A stretch of 64,000 nt of DNA, from contig CAVZNH010000070.1 of NCBI GenBank assembly GCA_963776505.1, positions 81,171 through 145,170 on the forward strand, written 5' to 3'. The DNA comes from an uncultured Alphaproteobacteria bacterium. Lineage in GTDB: Bacteria > Pseudomonadota > Alphaproteobacteria > Acetobacterales > Acetobacteraceae. Each line of letters begins with the position of its first letter. The stretch's first letter is position 1. Of this stretch, positions 9,127-20,685 are shown in pieces. A model generated the notes under the pieces. That model did no database searches and had not been told where the DNA came from. It was given only the letters and a program-made list of their open reading frames with translations. The translations under genes were made by a program, and so were the position numbers.

Positions 9127-10351
9127 ATGCGTGCCAAGCTTCGTCGCCGCTCATTCCTTGCCGGCACCGCCGCTGCCGCATTGCCTATGCCCGCCATCGC
9201 AGCAGAACAAGCCGGTCCGCATCGGCCTGCTCACCGTCAAGACCGGCCCTCTGGCGCAGGGCGGCATCCAGATGGAGCAGGGCACCAACCTCTTCCTCAA
9301 AGACCGCAACAACATGCTGGCCGGTCGCAAGGTCGAGCTGATGGTCGGTGATACCGGCGGCAATCCGGCCGGCACCAAGACCAAGGCGCAGGAACTGATC
9401 GAGCGCGACAACGTCGACATGATCTTCGGCCCGCTCGCCGCATTCGAGCTGCTTGCCATCTCCGATTACGTCGCCGCGCACAAGACGCCCATCCTCAGCC
9501 TTGCTGCGGCCGAGGACATGTCGCAACGCAAACCCAACCCGTATTTCGTGCGCGCCTCCGGCACCTCCGCGCAGAACATGCATCCATTGGCCGACTTCGC
9601 CGCGAAGGAGCTGAAGTACAAGAGCGTCATCACCATCAGCGAGGATTTCGCCTTCGGCTACGAACAGATGGGCGGCTTCCAGCGCGTGTTCGAGGATGCC
9701 GGCGGCCGCGTGGTGAAAAAGCTGTGGCCGCCCATCGTCACTCCCGACTACACGCCCTACATCGCCCAGCTCAGCGGCGTCGATGCGGTGGTGCAGGGCT
9801 TTGCCGGCTCCAACCCGCTCAAATTCATGAAGCAGTACAAGGATGCCGGTGCCACGCTGCCAGTGCTCGGCGGCGGAACCGCGGGCGACGATGCATTATT
9901 GAAGAGTTTCGGCGACGAGGCGATCGGGCTGGTCACCGCATCCGTCTTCAGCTCCGACCTCGATACGCCGGTGAACAAGCAGTTCATCGCCGGCATGGTG
10001 CGCGACACCGGCGCCATTCCGGGCCTGTATGCCGCCGGCATGTACATCAACGGCATGGTCGCCGAGGCGGCGCTGAAGACGACCGGCGGCAACACCGACG
10101 ACAAGGAGGCGCTGATCAAGGCGATGCGCGCAGTGTCGCTCGATGACTCGCCGCGCGGGCCGTTCCACTTCGACCACTTCGGCAATGTCGTCGGCAACGT
10201 CTATATCCGCCGCCTGGTGAAGCAGGACGGCAAGCTTGCGCAGCACACGATCAAGACCTACCAGAACGTGAGCCAATTTTGGACCTTCGACGAGAAGTGG
10301 TTCCTCGCGCAACCAGTCTATTCGCGCGACTATCCGCCACTGAAGAGCTGA
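9127..10351 (+). CDS. ABC transporter substrate-binding protein, LIV/amide (type 1 PBP) family, apparent frameshift near 9205
   Basis: A Tat-like leader MRAKLRRRSFLAGTAAAALPMPAIAAEQ sits in one frame, then KPVRIGLLTVKTGPLAQGG... continues in the 9068..10351 ORF frame. Confidence 0.85.
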
Positions 10352-10364
10352 CGAACCTTCGGTC

Positions 10365-11225
10365 GTGAACCTCTGGCTGATCCTGTCCGTCAACAGCGTC
10401 ACGCTGGGCGGTCTGCTGTTCCTGCTGTCCGCCGGCTTTTCGCTGATCTTCGGCCTGATGCGAATCCCGAACCTGACACACGGCTCGATGTTCATGCTCG
10501 GCGCATATTTCGGCGTGACCTGTATCGCCTGGGGCTTCGGCTTCTGGACCGCAGCAGTGGCAGCTGGCCTCGGCGTTGCACTGTTCGGAGCCATCATCGA
10601 GCGGTTCGTACTGCGCCGCCTCGCAGGCGCGGAACTGGCGCAGGTGCTCGTCACGCTCGGCCTTTCGTTCATGGTCGCCGACGTCTGCCTGATGCAGTGG
10701 GGCGGCGATCCGATATCGGTGGAGACGCCGCCCGCGCTGCGCGGCGCGACCGCGGTGTTCGGCCTGGCTTTCCCGACCTATCGGCTCGCCATCATTCTGG
10801 TCGCCACGGTGATCGCTGCGGCGTTATGGCTGCTGATGGACCGCACCAGGCTCGGCGCGATGATCCGCGCCGCGGTCGATGATCCTGCCATGGCACGCGT
10901 GGTCGGCATTCGCGTGTCGCATCTGTTCACCATCGTGTTCGCACTCGGCGCCGGACTCGCGGGATTCGCCGGCGTGATCGGCGGCCCGATCCTATCGGTC
11001 TATCCCGGCCTTGATCAGGACATGTTGCCGCTTGCGTTGGTCGTGGTGATTCTCGGCGGGTCCGGCAGCCTACTGGGATCGCTCGCCGGCAGCTTCGTCG
11101 TCGGGTTCCTCTACAATTTCGGCCAGGCGATGTTCCCCGAGCTCGCCTACGTCGTCCTGTTCCTGCCCATGCTCATCGTCCTCGTGGTGCGGCCGCAGGG
11201 CTTGTTCGGCCGGGTCATGCTGTGA
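10365..11225 (+). CDS. Branched-chain amino acid-type ABC permease (LivH-like)
   Basis: 286-aa polytopic membrane ORF with typical LivH family organisation, followed by a 4-nt overlap. Confidence 0.9.
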   Translation: MNLWLILSVNSVTLGGLLFLLSAGFSLIFGLMRIPNLTHGSMFMLGAYFGVTCIAWGFGFWTAAVAAGLGVALFGAIIERFVLRRLAGAELAQVLVTLGLSFMVADVCLMQWGGDPISVETPPALRGATAVFGLAFPTYRLAIILVATVIAAALWLLMDRTRLGAMIRAAVDDPAMARVVGIRVSHLFTIVFALGAGLAGFAGVIGGPILSVYPGLDQDMLPLALVVVILGGSGSLLGSLAGSFVVGFLYNFGQAMFPELAYVVLFLPMLIVLVVRPQGLFGRVML

Positions 11226-12199
11226 AGCGTCTGGCGCTCGCAATCGTGTTGCTGCTATTGGCGACGGTGCCCTACTGGATCGGCAACAGCTACTACATCA
11301 ACGTCGCAACGCAGATCCTGATCTACGCAGTCCTGGCCCTCGGGCTGAACGTGCTGGTGGGATATGCCGGACTGGTGACACTTGGTCACGCGAGCCTGTT
11401 CGGCATTGCCGCCTATGCCGGTGCAACGCTGATCAATGCCGGCCACGGCCACCTCGTCGTGGCGATCGGCGCGTTGCTGGCAACGCTGGCGGCGACAGCG
11501 ATATTCGCCGTGTTGGCGTTGCGCGGCACCGGTCTTGGGTTCGTCATGATCACCGTGGCGCTCGGCCAGATCGTCTGGGGCATCGCCTATCGCTGGATCA
11601 GCCTGACCAACGGCGACAACGGCATCTCGATCAGCGCACGGCCCAGCCCATTCGGACTGTCGCTCACATCGGCTGATGCGTTCTACTGGGCGACACTCAT
11701 CGTGTTCCTGATCGCCGTCGCCGCCATGGCGATCTTCGTCGCATCGCCATTTGGCGCAGCCGTGCGCGGCACACGCGACCAGCCGCGACGCATGACCGCA
11801 CTGGGCTACAACGTGTGGCTGACGCGCTTCCTCGCCTTCCTGTTCTCCGGCTTCTGGAGCGGCGTCGCAGGACTGCTGTATCTCTACTACAACCAGTTCG
11901 TCAGTCCGCAGACCGTCGCGCTGAGCGCATCGGCCGAGGCGCTGCTGATGGTGATCGCCGGCGGCACCGCGACGTTGCTCGGCCCGATCGCAGGCGCGGC
12001 ACTGGTCATCATCATGAAGGACGTCGCCAGCGCCTACATCGAACGTTGGAATTTCGTCCTCGGCGCCATCTTCGTGCTGATCGTCGTCTTCATGCCGGAG
12101 GGTCTGGTTCCCGGCTCGGTGCGCATGTGGCGCTGGGGGATATCGCTGTTGCGCCGCCCGCAGGCGCCGCGCGTGCTCCGGCGCGAGGGTAGCCGATGA
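11222..12199 (+). CDS. Branched-chain amino acid-type ABC permease (LivM-like)
   Basis: 325-aa polytopic membrane ORF, overlapping its neighbours by 4 nt on both sides. Confidence 0.9.
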   Translation: MKRLALAIVLLLLATVPYWIGNSYYINVATQILIYAVLALGLNVLVGYAGLVTLGHASLFGIAAYAGATLINAGHGHLVVAIGALLATLAATAIFAVLALRGTGLGFVMITVALGQIVWGIAYRWISLTNGDNGISISARPSPFGLSLTSADAFYWATLIVFLIAVAAMAIFVASPFGAAVRGTRDQPRRMTALGYNVWLTRFLAFLFSGFWSGVAGLLYLYYNQFVSPQTVALSASAEALLMVIAGGTATLLGPIAGAALVIIMKDVASAYIERWNFVLGAIFVLIVVFMPEGLVPGSVRMWRWGISLLRRPQAPRVLRREGSR

Positions 12200-12935
12200 C
12201 CGCGCTCGAACTGCATGATCTCAACAAGGCATTCGGCGGATTGCGCGTCACGGTCACGGTGAACCTGACGGTGGAACCCGGCGAGCGACGGCTGATCATC
12301 GGACCGAACGGCGCCGGCAAGACGACTCTGTTCAACCTGATCACCGGCGAGCTGCGCGCCGACTCCGGACGCATCATGCTGTTCGGCCGCGACCTCACCG
12401 GCTGTCGCGGCACGCCGTCGCGCGCATCTCGGACTGGCGCGCACCTATCAGATCATCACGCTTGTTCCCTGGCGAGACGTTGGCGCGCAACATAACGTTG
12501 TCGCTGCTCGGCCTGTCGCACCTGCGCTGGAATCCGCTTGTCCGTCTGAATGGTCAGCGCGACCTGCTGGACCAGGCGCATGCGACGCTGGCGCGTGTCG
12601 GACTGGAACATCTCGCCGATCGGCCCGTGGCGACAGACATCCTATGGCGAACGCCGCCGTGTCGAGATCGCCATGGCGCTGGCGCAGAACCCGAAGGTGC
12701 TGCTGCTGGACGAACCATTCGCCGGCCTGTCGGTCGAGGAACGCCGCGACGTGCTGTCCATGATCAGCAGCATACCGCGCGACGTGACCATCGTGATGAT
12801 CGAACACGACATGGACGTGGCGTTGGAATTCGCCGAGCGCATCACCGTGCTGCATTTCGGCCAGGTGATCGTCGAGGGCACACGCGCCGAGGTGGTGCAG
12901 CATCCGCGCACCAGGGAGATCTACCTTGGCGAACT

Positions 12936-12951
<16 letters not shown>
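12196..12951 (+). CDS. ABC ATP-binding protein (LivG-like), apparent frameshifts
   Basis: Walker [10 protein letters not shown] is in the 12196 frame. The signature/Walker B region ([24 protein letters not shown]) and the C-terminus are in the 12550 frame. Confidence 0.85.
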
Positions 12952-13647
<696 letters not shown>

Positions 13648-13662
13648 ATACCGCAGTCACCT

Positions 13663-13755
13663 CTCCCTGTCATTACGAGGAGCAAAGCGACAAAGCATCT
13701 CCACCCCGCGTGGGACCTTGCTTCGTAGTCGCTCCGCCTCACGCCATAATACTGA
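13663..13755. repeat. Degenerate palindromic intergenic element (REP-like)
   Basis: Left arm GTCATTACGAGGAGCAAAGCGACAAAGCA. The right arm, reverse-complemented, is GTATTATGGCGTGAGGCGGAGCGACTACGAAGCA. It sits between the convergent livF-like and engB genes. Resembles the cattgcgagcgaagcgaagc-type elements common in Bradyrhizobiaceae. Confidence 0.5.
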
Positions 13756-13757
13756 GA

Positions 13758-14389
13758 TCACTCCACCAGTGCCGCGATCGCCGCCCGCAGCTCCGCAATC
13801 CCCTGCCCGCTCTCGCTGCTGGTCACCACCACCTCCGGATGCGCCGCCGGATGCGCGCGCGCCAATCGCCCGCGCCTCGTCCAGCTTGCGCGCCAATGCC
13901 GCCGGCTTCACCCCATCGGCCTTGGTCAGCACAAGCTGGAACGTCACCGCCGCGCGATCCAGCAGCTCCATCACCGCGACATCCGCCTCCTTCACCTCGA
14001 TCCGCGCATCCAGCAGCAGCATCACGCGCCGCAGCGTCGGGCGCCCGCGCAGGTAGTCGAACATCAGCCCCTGCCAGTCCTGCTTCACCGCCCTGCCGGC
14101 GCGCGCATAGCCGTAGCCAGGCATATCGACCAGCGTCAGCCGCCCGCCCAGATCGAAGAAATTGAGCTGCCGCGTCCGCCCAGGCTCGCGCCGACACACG
14201 CGCCAGCGCCCGCCGCCCGGTCAGCGCATTCAGCAGCGACGACTTGCCGACATTCGACCGCCCGGCGAACGCCACCTCCGGCCCCGCGGCCGGCGGCAAC
14301 TGATCCAGCCGCTGCGCCGCGTGCACGAACCGGCACTCGGCGGCGAACAGCAGCCGCCCCGCCTCGATCAGCGCTGCTTCGTCGTCCGG
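13758..14389 (-). CDS. engB: Ribosome-biogenesis GTPase YihA/EngB, apparent frameshifts
   Basis: [21 protein letters not shown] (G1), [10 protein letters not shown] (G3), LTKADG (G4) and the C-terminus ..[17 protein letters not shown] are spread over three frames. No intact start codon follows the yidC stop. Confidence 0.85.
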
Positions 14390-16135
14390 TCAGGTGCGCG
14401 CGAGCCCCGGCCGCGCCAGGTGCGTCCGCCGCATGATCAGCCATTGCTGCGCGATCGACAGCAGGTTGTTCCAGCTCCAGTAGATCACCAGCCCCGCCGG
14501 GAAGCGCGCCAGCATGAAGGTGAAGATGATCGGCATGAACTGGAACATGCGCGCCTGCACCGGGTCCGGCGGCGGCGGGTTCAGCTTCTGCTGCAGGAAC
14601 ATCGTCAGCCCATGATCAGCGGCCACGCGCCGAGATGCAGGAACGGCGATATCGTCGTCGGATCGAACGGGATCAGCCCGAACAGGTTGAAGATGTTGGT
14701 CGGATCCACCTGCGACAGGTCGTGGATCCAGCCGAAGAACGGCGCCTGCCGCATCTCGATGGTGACGAAGATCACCTTGTAGAGCGAGAAGAACACCGGG
14801 ATCTGCACCACCATCGGCAGGCAGCCCGACGCCGGGTTCACCTTCTCGGTCCGGTACAGCGCCATCATCTCCTGCTGCATGCGCTGCGGCTCGTCCTTGA
14901 ACCGCTCGCGCAGCGCCTGCATCTTCGGCGCCAGCAGCTTCATCTTGCTCATCGAGCGATACGAGTAGTTCGCCAGCGGGAAGAACAGCGCCTTGACGAA
15001 CACGGTGAACGCCATGATCGCCAGGCCGAAATTCCCCAGCAGGCCGTTCAGCCAGTCGAGGCAATAGAAGATCGGCTTGGTCAGGAAATAGAACCAGCCG
15101 AAATCCACCGCCTTGTCGAAGTTCGGGATGTGATACTCGGCCTGATAGCGGTCGAGCAGCCGCACGATCTTGGCGCCGGCGAACAGCATGCGAGAACAGC
15201 GACGCGTCGCCGTTCGGCGGCAACCGTCTGCGGCTCCTGGGTGATGTAGTCGACCTGGTAGTGGTCGCCGTCCTCCGAATGATGGACGAAGTTGACCGTC
15301 GAAGCGACCGCCTGATCGGGCACCAGGGCGGTCAGCCAGTACTTGTCGGTGATCCCGGCCCAGCCGCCGGTGGCGGTCGCGTCGTAAGCGATGCCGTTCT
15401 TCTTCTCGCCCTCGCTCTTCGCCTTGGCGTAGGTCGTCTCCTGCAGCGTGCCGTCCACCACGCCGAGCAGGCCCTCGAACAGGATGTAATAGCCGGCCAC
15501 CTCCGGCGTGTAGTCGCGGCGGATGCGCGACCAGGGGAACAGCTTCACCGGCGCGCCCGTCGCGTTCTTCACCGACTGCTGCACGGTGAACATGTAGTCG
15601 TCGTCAACCGAGAACGTGATCTGGAAGGTCAGGCCGGCGCCATTGTCCCATGACAGCGTGACAGGATGGCCGGCGCTCAGCGTTCCGCCCGAGCTGGCCC
15701 ACACCGTGTCGTTGTCCGGCAGCTTCACCTGCTCGCCGGGCGCCGCGCTCCAGCCGTACTGAACGTAGTAAGGATGGTCCTCCGACCGCGGCTCCAGCAG
15801 CCGCACGTTCGGCGAATTCGGCGCCAGCGTCTCGCGATAGTCGGTGAGCACCAGATCATCCAGCCGCGCGCCGAGCAGGCTGATCGAGCCGCTGCAGGCG
15901 GTGCGCCGCGATCTGCACCCGCGGCACGTCCTTGGGCACCGTCGGCGTCGTCGCTGGCCGCGAGCGGCCGGCGCCGGCGCCGTCGAAGCGCTGCGTCGGT
16001 CGTGGCCTGATTGCTGGCAACCTGCGGCGGCGGCTTGGGCGGCTGCGGCAGATGCGGCGCGATCAGCAACTGGAAGCCGAGCAGGATGGCGACCGAAATC
16101 GCGATCGCGATGAACAGCCGCTGCTGGTCCATCAC
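14390..16135 (-). CDS. yidC: Membrane protein insertase YidC, at least 3 apparent frameshifts
   Basis: N-terminus [23 protein letters not shown]; periplasmic domain (..[21 protein letters not shown]..); core ([58 protein letters not shown]); C-terminus ([22 protein letters not shown]). These lie in four overlapping ORF-track pieces. Confidence 0.9.
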
Positions 16136-16375
16136 ACCCTCGTCCGGCAGTCGCAGGCAGGCACCGGATCGTAGCCGCCCTCATGCCACGGGTTGCAGCG
16201 CAGGATGCGCCGCGCCGCCAGCCCGCTGCCGCGCAGCGCCCCATGACCGCGGATCGCCTCGATCGCGTAGTCGCTGCAACTCGGGAAGAACCGGCAGTTG
16301 GCGCCGATCACCGGCCGGATCGTCCACTGATAGGCGCGCACCGCGCCGATCGCGATCTGAGCGGCCGGGCGTCAT
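16132..16375 (-). CDS. yidD: Membrane protein insertion efficiency factor YidD
   Basis: YQWTIRPVIGANCRFFPSCSDYAIEAIRGHGALRG..RILRCNPWHEGGYDPV. Either a GTG start at 16341, or an ATG at 16375 (ATGA overlap with rnpA) plus one frameshift. Confidence 0.85.
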
Positions 16376-16639
16376 GCAACCCCAGCCTTCGCCAGTGCCC
16401 GGCGCAGATCCTCCTGCAAGGCCGACGAAATCCCGCCCGCGCGTCGCCTCGCGGCCGATCAGCACCAGGTCGACGCCCGACACCGGATGCTCGGCCAGCA
16501 CCAGCCGCGCGGCTTCCTTCAGCCGGCGGCGGGTGCGGTTGCGGATCACGGCGTTGCCGATCTTCTTCGTGACGGTAAAGCCAAGCCGCGCCGGACCCTG
16601 GTCCTCGCGCGGCAGTGCCTGCAGCACCACGCCCGGCAT
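16372..16639 (-). CDS. rnpA: RNase P protein component, 1-nt apparent insertion near 16420, true start probably upstream of 16639
   Basis: RLGFTVTKKIGNAVIRNRTRRRLKEAARL..DLVLIGR. The natural C-terminus LQEDLRRALAKAGVA* is read only after removing one base. Upstream in frame ..RRAEFLRAAAKGRKAAA precedes the annotated Met. Confidence 0.8.
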
Positions 16640-16729
16640 CGCCGCTGCCTTGCGTCCTTTGGCCGCGGCACGCAGGAATTCGGCGCGACGTGTCAGGCGG
16701 CCCGGGCGCGGCCAAGCGCAGGCCCCGGA

Positions 16730-16864
16730 TCAGGCCGACAGGCGCTTGCGGCCCTTGGCCCGCCGGTTGGCCAGCACCTTGCGGCCTCCGACGGTGGCCA
16801 TGCGGGCGCGGAACCCATGCCGCCGCTTGCGGACCAGCTTCGACGGTTGATAGGTGCGCTTCAC
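16730..16864 (-). CDS. rpmH: 50S ribosomal protein L34 (absent from the ORF track, under 60 aa)
   Basis: My translation is (GTG)[43 protein letters not shown], 44 aa. GGAGAA lies upstream of the GTG. Confidence 0.95.
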   Translation of the reverse strand: MKRTYQPSKLVRKRRHGFRARMATVGGRKVLANRRAKGRKRLSA

Positions 16865-16945
16865 AGCCGGTTCTCCGATGGTGCCTGGATGCCCGCCTCA
16901 AGCGCGGGCGCGGGCGCCCAACCCGGCGCCCGTCGCAGGCGGCGG

Positions 16946-16974
16946 CTTATAGGGGGGCGGTCAAAAGCCGTCAA
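16946..16974 (-). promoter_or_regulatory. Sigma-70-like promoter for rpmH-rnpA-yidD-yidC-engB
   Basis: On the minus strand: TTGACG, a 17-nt spacer, then TATAAG, about 80 nt upstream of the rpmH GTG. Confidence 0.5.
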
Positions 16975-17058
16975 TCGCGCCTCGCTGACAGTGACATCCG
17001 GCAGTTCCATCCAGATTGTCACGCGACAGCGAGCGCAAAGCCACTACATGGTTCAGCC

Positions 17059-17760
17059 ATGCGGACCCTGCGCCGATTCTGGCCCATCGCACTCCTGCTC
17101 GCGGCTGTCGCCGCCGCCTGGGCCAGCGGCGCAACCCGAGCAGATCAGCTGGGCGTCCCTCGGGCGCAACCAGGCGGCGCTGACCGCCTGGGTCGCCGTC
17201 GCACCCGATCGCCGCGCCCTCGCTCTATATCCTGGTCTACGCCGCCGCCGTCCTGCTCTCCCTGCCGGAATCGGCAGTGCTCACCGCCGCCGGCGGGTCT
17301 GCTGTTCGGCACCTTGTTCGGCGGCATTCTGGCGGTCGTGGGATCGTCCGCCGGCGCCATCGCGCTGTTTCTCGCCGTCCGCTACCACCTCGCCGATGCC
17401 ATCGCCAACCGCGGCGGCCGGTTTCTCGACGCCGTCCGTCTGGGCCTGCGACGCGACGGCTTCAGCTATCTGCTCGCCATCCGTCTGGTGCCCGCCTTCC
17501 CCTTCTGGCTGGTCAACCTCGCCGCCGCCTTGAGCGGCATGCGGCTGCTGCCGTATGCCGCCGCCACGGTGATCGGGATCATGCCGGCCACCTTCGTCTT
17601 TGCCTCGATCGGCGCCGGCCTCGGCGACGTGCTGGCGACCGGCGGCAGTCCCGACCTCACGCTGATCTTCTCGCCGCGCATTCTGGGGCCGCTGATCGGG
17701 CTTGCGGCATTGTCCCTGCTGCCGGTCGTCTGGCGCCGCTGGAAGCGATCCGGTGCCTGA
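17059..17760 (+). CDS. TVP38/TMEM64 (DedA-related) family membrane protein, N-terminal frameshifts
   Basis: MRTLRRFWPIALLLAAVAAAW.. then LLFGTLFGGILAVVGSSAGAIALFLAVRY..YLLAIRLVPAFPFWLVNLAAALSGM. The N-terminal third needs frame switches. Confidence 0.75.
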   Translation: MRTLRRFWPIALLLAAVAAAWASGATRADQLGVPRAQPGGADRLGRRRTRSPRPRSISWSTPPPSCSPCRNRQCSPPPAGLLFGTLFGGILAVVGSSAGAIALFLAVRYHLADAIANRGGRFLDAVRLGLRRDGFSYLLAIRLVPAFPFWLVNLAAALSGMRLLPYAAATVIGIMPATFVFASIGAGLGDVLATGGSPDLTLIFSPRILGPLIGLAALSLLPVVWRRWKRSGA

Positions 17761-19172
17761 CTTCGACCTGGCGGTGGTCGGCGCGGGCGCTTCCGGTCTT
17801 TCCGTCACTGCCGTCGCGGCGCAACTCGGCCTGCGGGTGGCGCTGATCGAGCGCGACCGGATGGGCGGCGACTGCCTGAATTTCGGCTGTGTGCCGAGCA
17901 AGGCACTGCTCGCCGCCTCGCACGCCGCCCAGGCAGCGCGCGCGGCCGCGCGGTTCGGCGTCCGCCTGCCGGAACCGGACATCGACTGGCACTGCCGTGC
18001 GCGAGCACGTGGACGGCGTGATCGCCGCCATCGCACCCACCGATTCCGAGACCCGCTTCCGCGCGCTCGGCGCCACCGTGCTGCGCGGCGAGGCGCGCTT
18101 CGTCGCCCCCGACGCGCTGATGGTCGACGGCCGCAGGATCACCGCCCGCCGCATCGTCATCGCCGCCGGCAGCTCGGCCGCGGTGCCGCCGATCCCCGGT
18201 CTCGATCGGATCCCTTACCTGACCAACGCCACGATCTTCGCCCTGGCCGAGCGCCCCGAGCACCTGCTGATCCTCGGCGGCGGACCGATCGGCCTGGAGA
18301 TGGCCGACGCGTTCGCCGGCCTCGGCAGTCGCGTGACCGTCGTCGAGGCCGCGACCATCGCCGGCAAGGAGGACCCCGAACTGGTCGCCGGACTGCGCAA
18401 CTGCCTTGCAGCGCGCGGCGTCACCCTGCTGGAAGGCGCCACAGGTGAGCGCGGTCGAGCCGGGCCCGACGCTGGTGCTGGACGATGGCCGGCGGATCGG
18501 CGGCAGCCATCTGCTGGTGGCGGTCGGCCGGCGACCGAACCTGGAGGCGCTGCGATCTCGCCGCGGGCAATGTGCAGGTCAGCCAGGACGGGGATCGCCA
18601 CCGATCGCGGATTGCGCAGCCTGACCAACCGGCGCGTCTACGCGGTGGGCGACATCGCCGACCCGCAGGGCATCGGCCCGCGCGCCTTCACCCATGTCGG
18701 CTCCTACCACGCCGGCATCGTGATCCGCCGCGCCCTGTTCCGTCTGCCGGCGCGGATCGACTACGCCGCGCTGCCGCGTGTCACCTACACACAGGCCCGA
18801 ACTGGCCCAGGTCGGCATGACCGAGGCCGAGGCGACGCGCCGCCGGCCACCGGATTGCGATCCTGCGCTGGCCGCTCGCCGACAACGACCGCGCGACCGC
18901 GGAACGCGATACCGCCGGCCTGGTCAAGCTTGTCGCCGCCGGAGGCCGCGTGCTCGGTGCCGGCATCCTGGCGCCGAATGCCGGCGAGATGATCGGCCTC
19001 TGGACCCTGGCGATCGCGCAGCGGATGAAGCTGGGCGCGCTGGCGTCGCTGATCGTGCCCTATCCGACGCGCTCGGAAGCGGGCAAGCGCGCCGCCGGCA
19101 ACTTCTTCCTGCCGCGGCTGTTCGCGCCGCGCACCAAGGCCGTGGTCCGCCTTGCTGGCCCGGTTGCCGTGA
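17753..19172 (+). CDS. Pyridine nucleotide-disulfide oxidoreductase (dihydrolipoyl dehydrogenase / mercuric reductase-like), multiple apparent frameshifts
   Basis: FDLAVVGAGASGLS (FAD), redox-active GGDCLNFGCVPSK, LLILGGGPIGLEMA (NAD), VYAVGDI and the dimerisation-domain end ..YPTRSEAGK are spread over at least 4 frames. The GTG start overlaps the preceding stop. Confidence 0.8.
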
Positions 19173-19199
19173 GCCGCCATTCCGACCCATTTTGCCGCC

Positions 19200-20665
19200 A
19201 TGTCCGAAGCGAGCGCCGGGCCACCACGGGTCAGGCCACGCCAGAGCCTGTCAGGGCGCCTCTGGCTGATCGCCACGCTCGCCGTGCTGCTGAGCGAGGT
19301 CGTCGTATTCCTGCCCTATATCGCCCACGAGCGCGACGCCTGGCTGACCGGCCGCATTGAGGACGCCTCGATCGCGGTGCTCGCGGCTTCCGGCGGCGAC
19401 GGCGGACGCGGGGAAGCGCGACGATCTGCTGCGTCTGGCCGGTAGCCGAAGCGATCCGACTGACCGCCCCGGATGGCGCCGTCGATCACGGTCGGCGACA
19501 CCGCGATATCGCCGGATGCCGCGATCGATCTCCGGACGGAGGATCTGTTCGTCCGAATCCGGCGAGCGCTCCAGGCCATCGTGCTGCGGCGGAGACCGGC
19601 TGATCCACGTGGTCGGCGACAGCCCGTTCCGCCCGTATTCGACGGCCGAGATATGGTTGAATGAACGTGACCTCAATGACGCGTTGCGGCACTTCACAGC
19701 TGACTTTGCGGTCCTGGCGGCGCTGATCGCCGGGGTGACCGGCGGGCTGGTCTATCTGGCCGTGTTGCTTCTGCTGGTCCGTCCGATGCGCCGGATCACC
19801 GGCAGCATCGCCGCGTTCCGCGCGGACCCTGAGCGCACGACTCCGCTCGATCCCGGCGAAGTCACAGTGCTGCCGAACGACGAGATTTCGGTCGCCGAGC
19901 CGGGAACTCGCGGCGATGCAGCACGAGTTGCGCGCCGCACTATGGCGCAACGCCAGGCTGGCCGCTCTCGGCACGGTGGTCGCCAAGGTGAGCCACGACC
20001 TGCGCGGCATCCTGACCCCGGCGCTGCTGACCGCGGAGCGGTTGCAGCTGAACCCGGATCCCCGCGTGCAGCGTTCGGGCGAAATGCTGGCCCAGGCCGT
20101 CGACCGGGCGACCGAGCTGGTCAGGCGCACCCTGGACTATGCCCGCGAGGGACCCCCGCCGCTCCAACTCGCACCGGTCGCCCTGGCGCCGTTGGTTAGC
20201 GAGGCAGCCGAGACGGTGCGGCCCCAGGGCGGCAGCCTGCGCCTCGAGAATGGGGTCGATCCCACGACATTGGTCCGGGCGGATCGCACTCAGTTGTTCC
20301 GCGTCCTTACCAACCTGATGCGCAATGCCGCCGAGGCCGGCGCTCGGAGTGTGCGGGTCTCGGCGCATCACAACAGCCCGACATGCTCGATCGAGTTCGC
20401 CGATGACGGCCCCGGCCTGCCGGAGCCGGTGCGCGCCGACCTGTTCCGCCCGTTCGCGGGCAGCACGCGGCGAGGTGGCACAGGGCTCGGTCTGGCGATC
20501 GCCCGCGATCTGATGGTGGCGCACGGCGGCGAAATCGAGTTGCTCGACACCAGCGCGACCGGAACCACATTCCGGCTCATCCTGCGGCTGGCCGAACCGG
20601 AGCGCGGAGCAGATTCCGCCCAGAACGGAGCCCGCGTTGCCCCTGCCGCATCGGCCGACGTGTAG
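19200..20665 (+). CDS. Sensor histidine kinase, apparent frameshifts
   Basis: TM/HAMP-like N-terminus, H-box VSHDLRGILTP, N-box LMRNAAEAG, G-boxes DDGPGLP and GGTGLGLAIAR, spread across three ORF-track pieces. Confidence 0.8.
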
Positions 20666-20685
20666 AGTAAGGGAGCGACACTGAG

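Noticed and set aside
16181-16901. ORFs 16183-16572 (+) and 16308-16901 (-) over the rnpA/rpmH region
   Set aside because: They are out-of-frame or antisense readings of rpmH and rnpA. The true L34 frame gives a textbook 44-aa sequence.
13758-17058. Chromosomal replication origin next to rpmH-rnpA-yidC
   Set aside because: The rpmH-rnpA-yidC block flanks dnaA/oriC in many bacteria, but no dnaA or dnaN gene is here. I saw no cluster of TTATCCACA-like boxes or an AT-rich unwinding element. In alphaproteobacteria oriC usually lies elsewhere.
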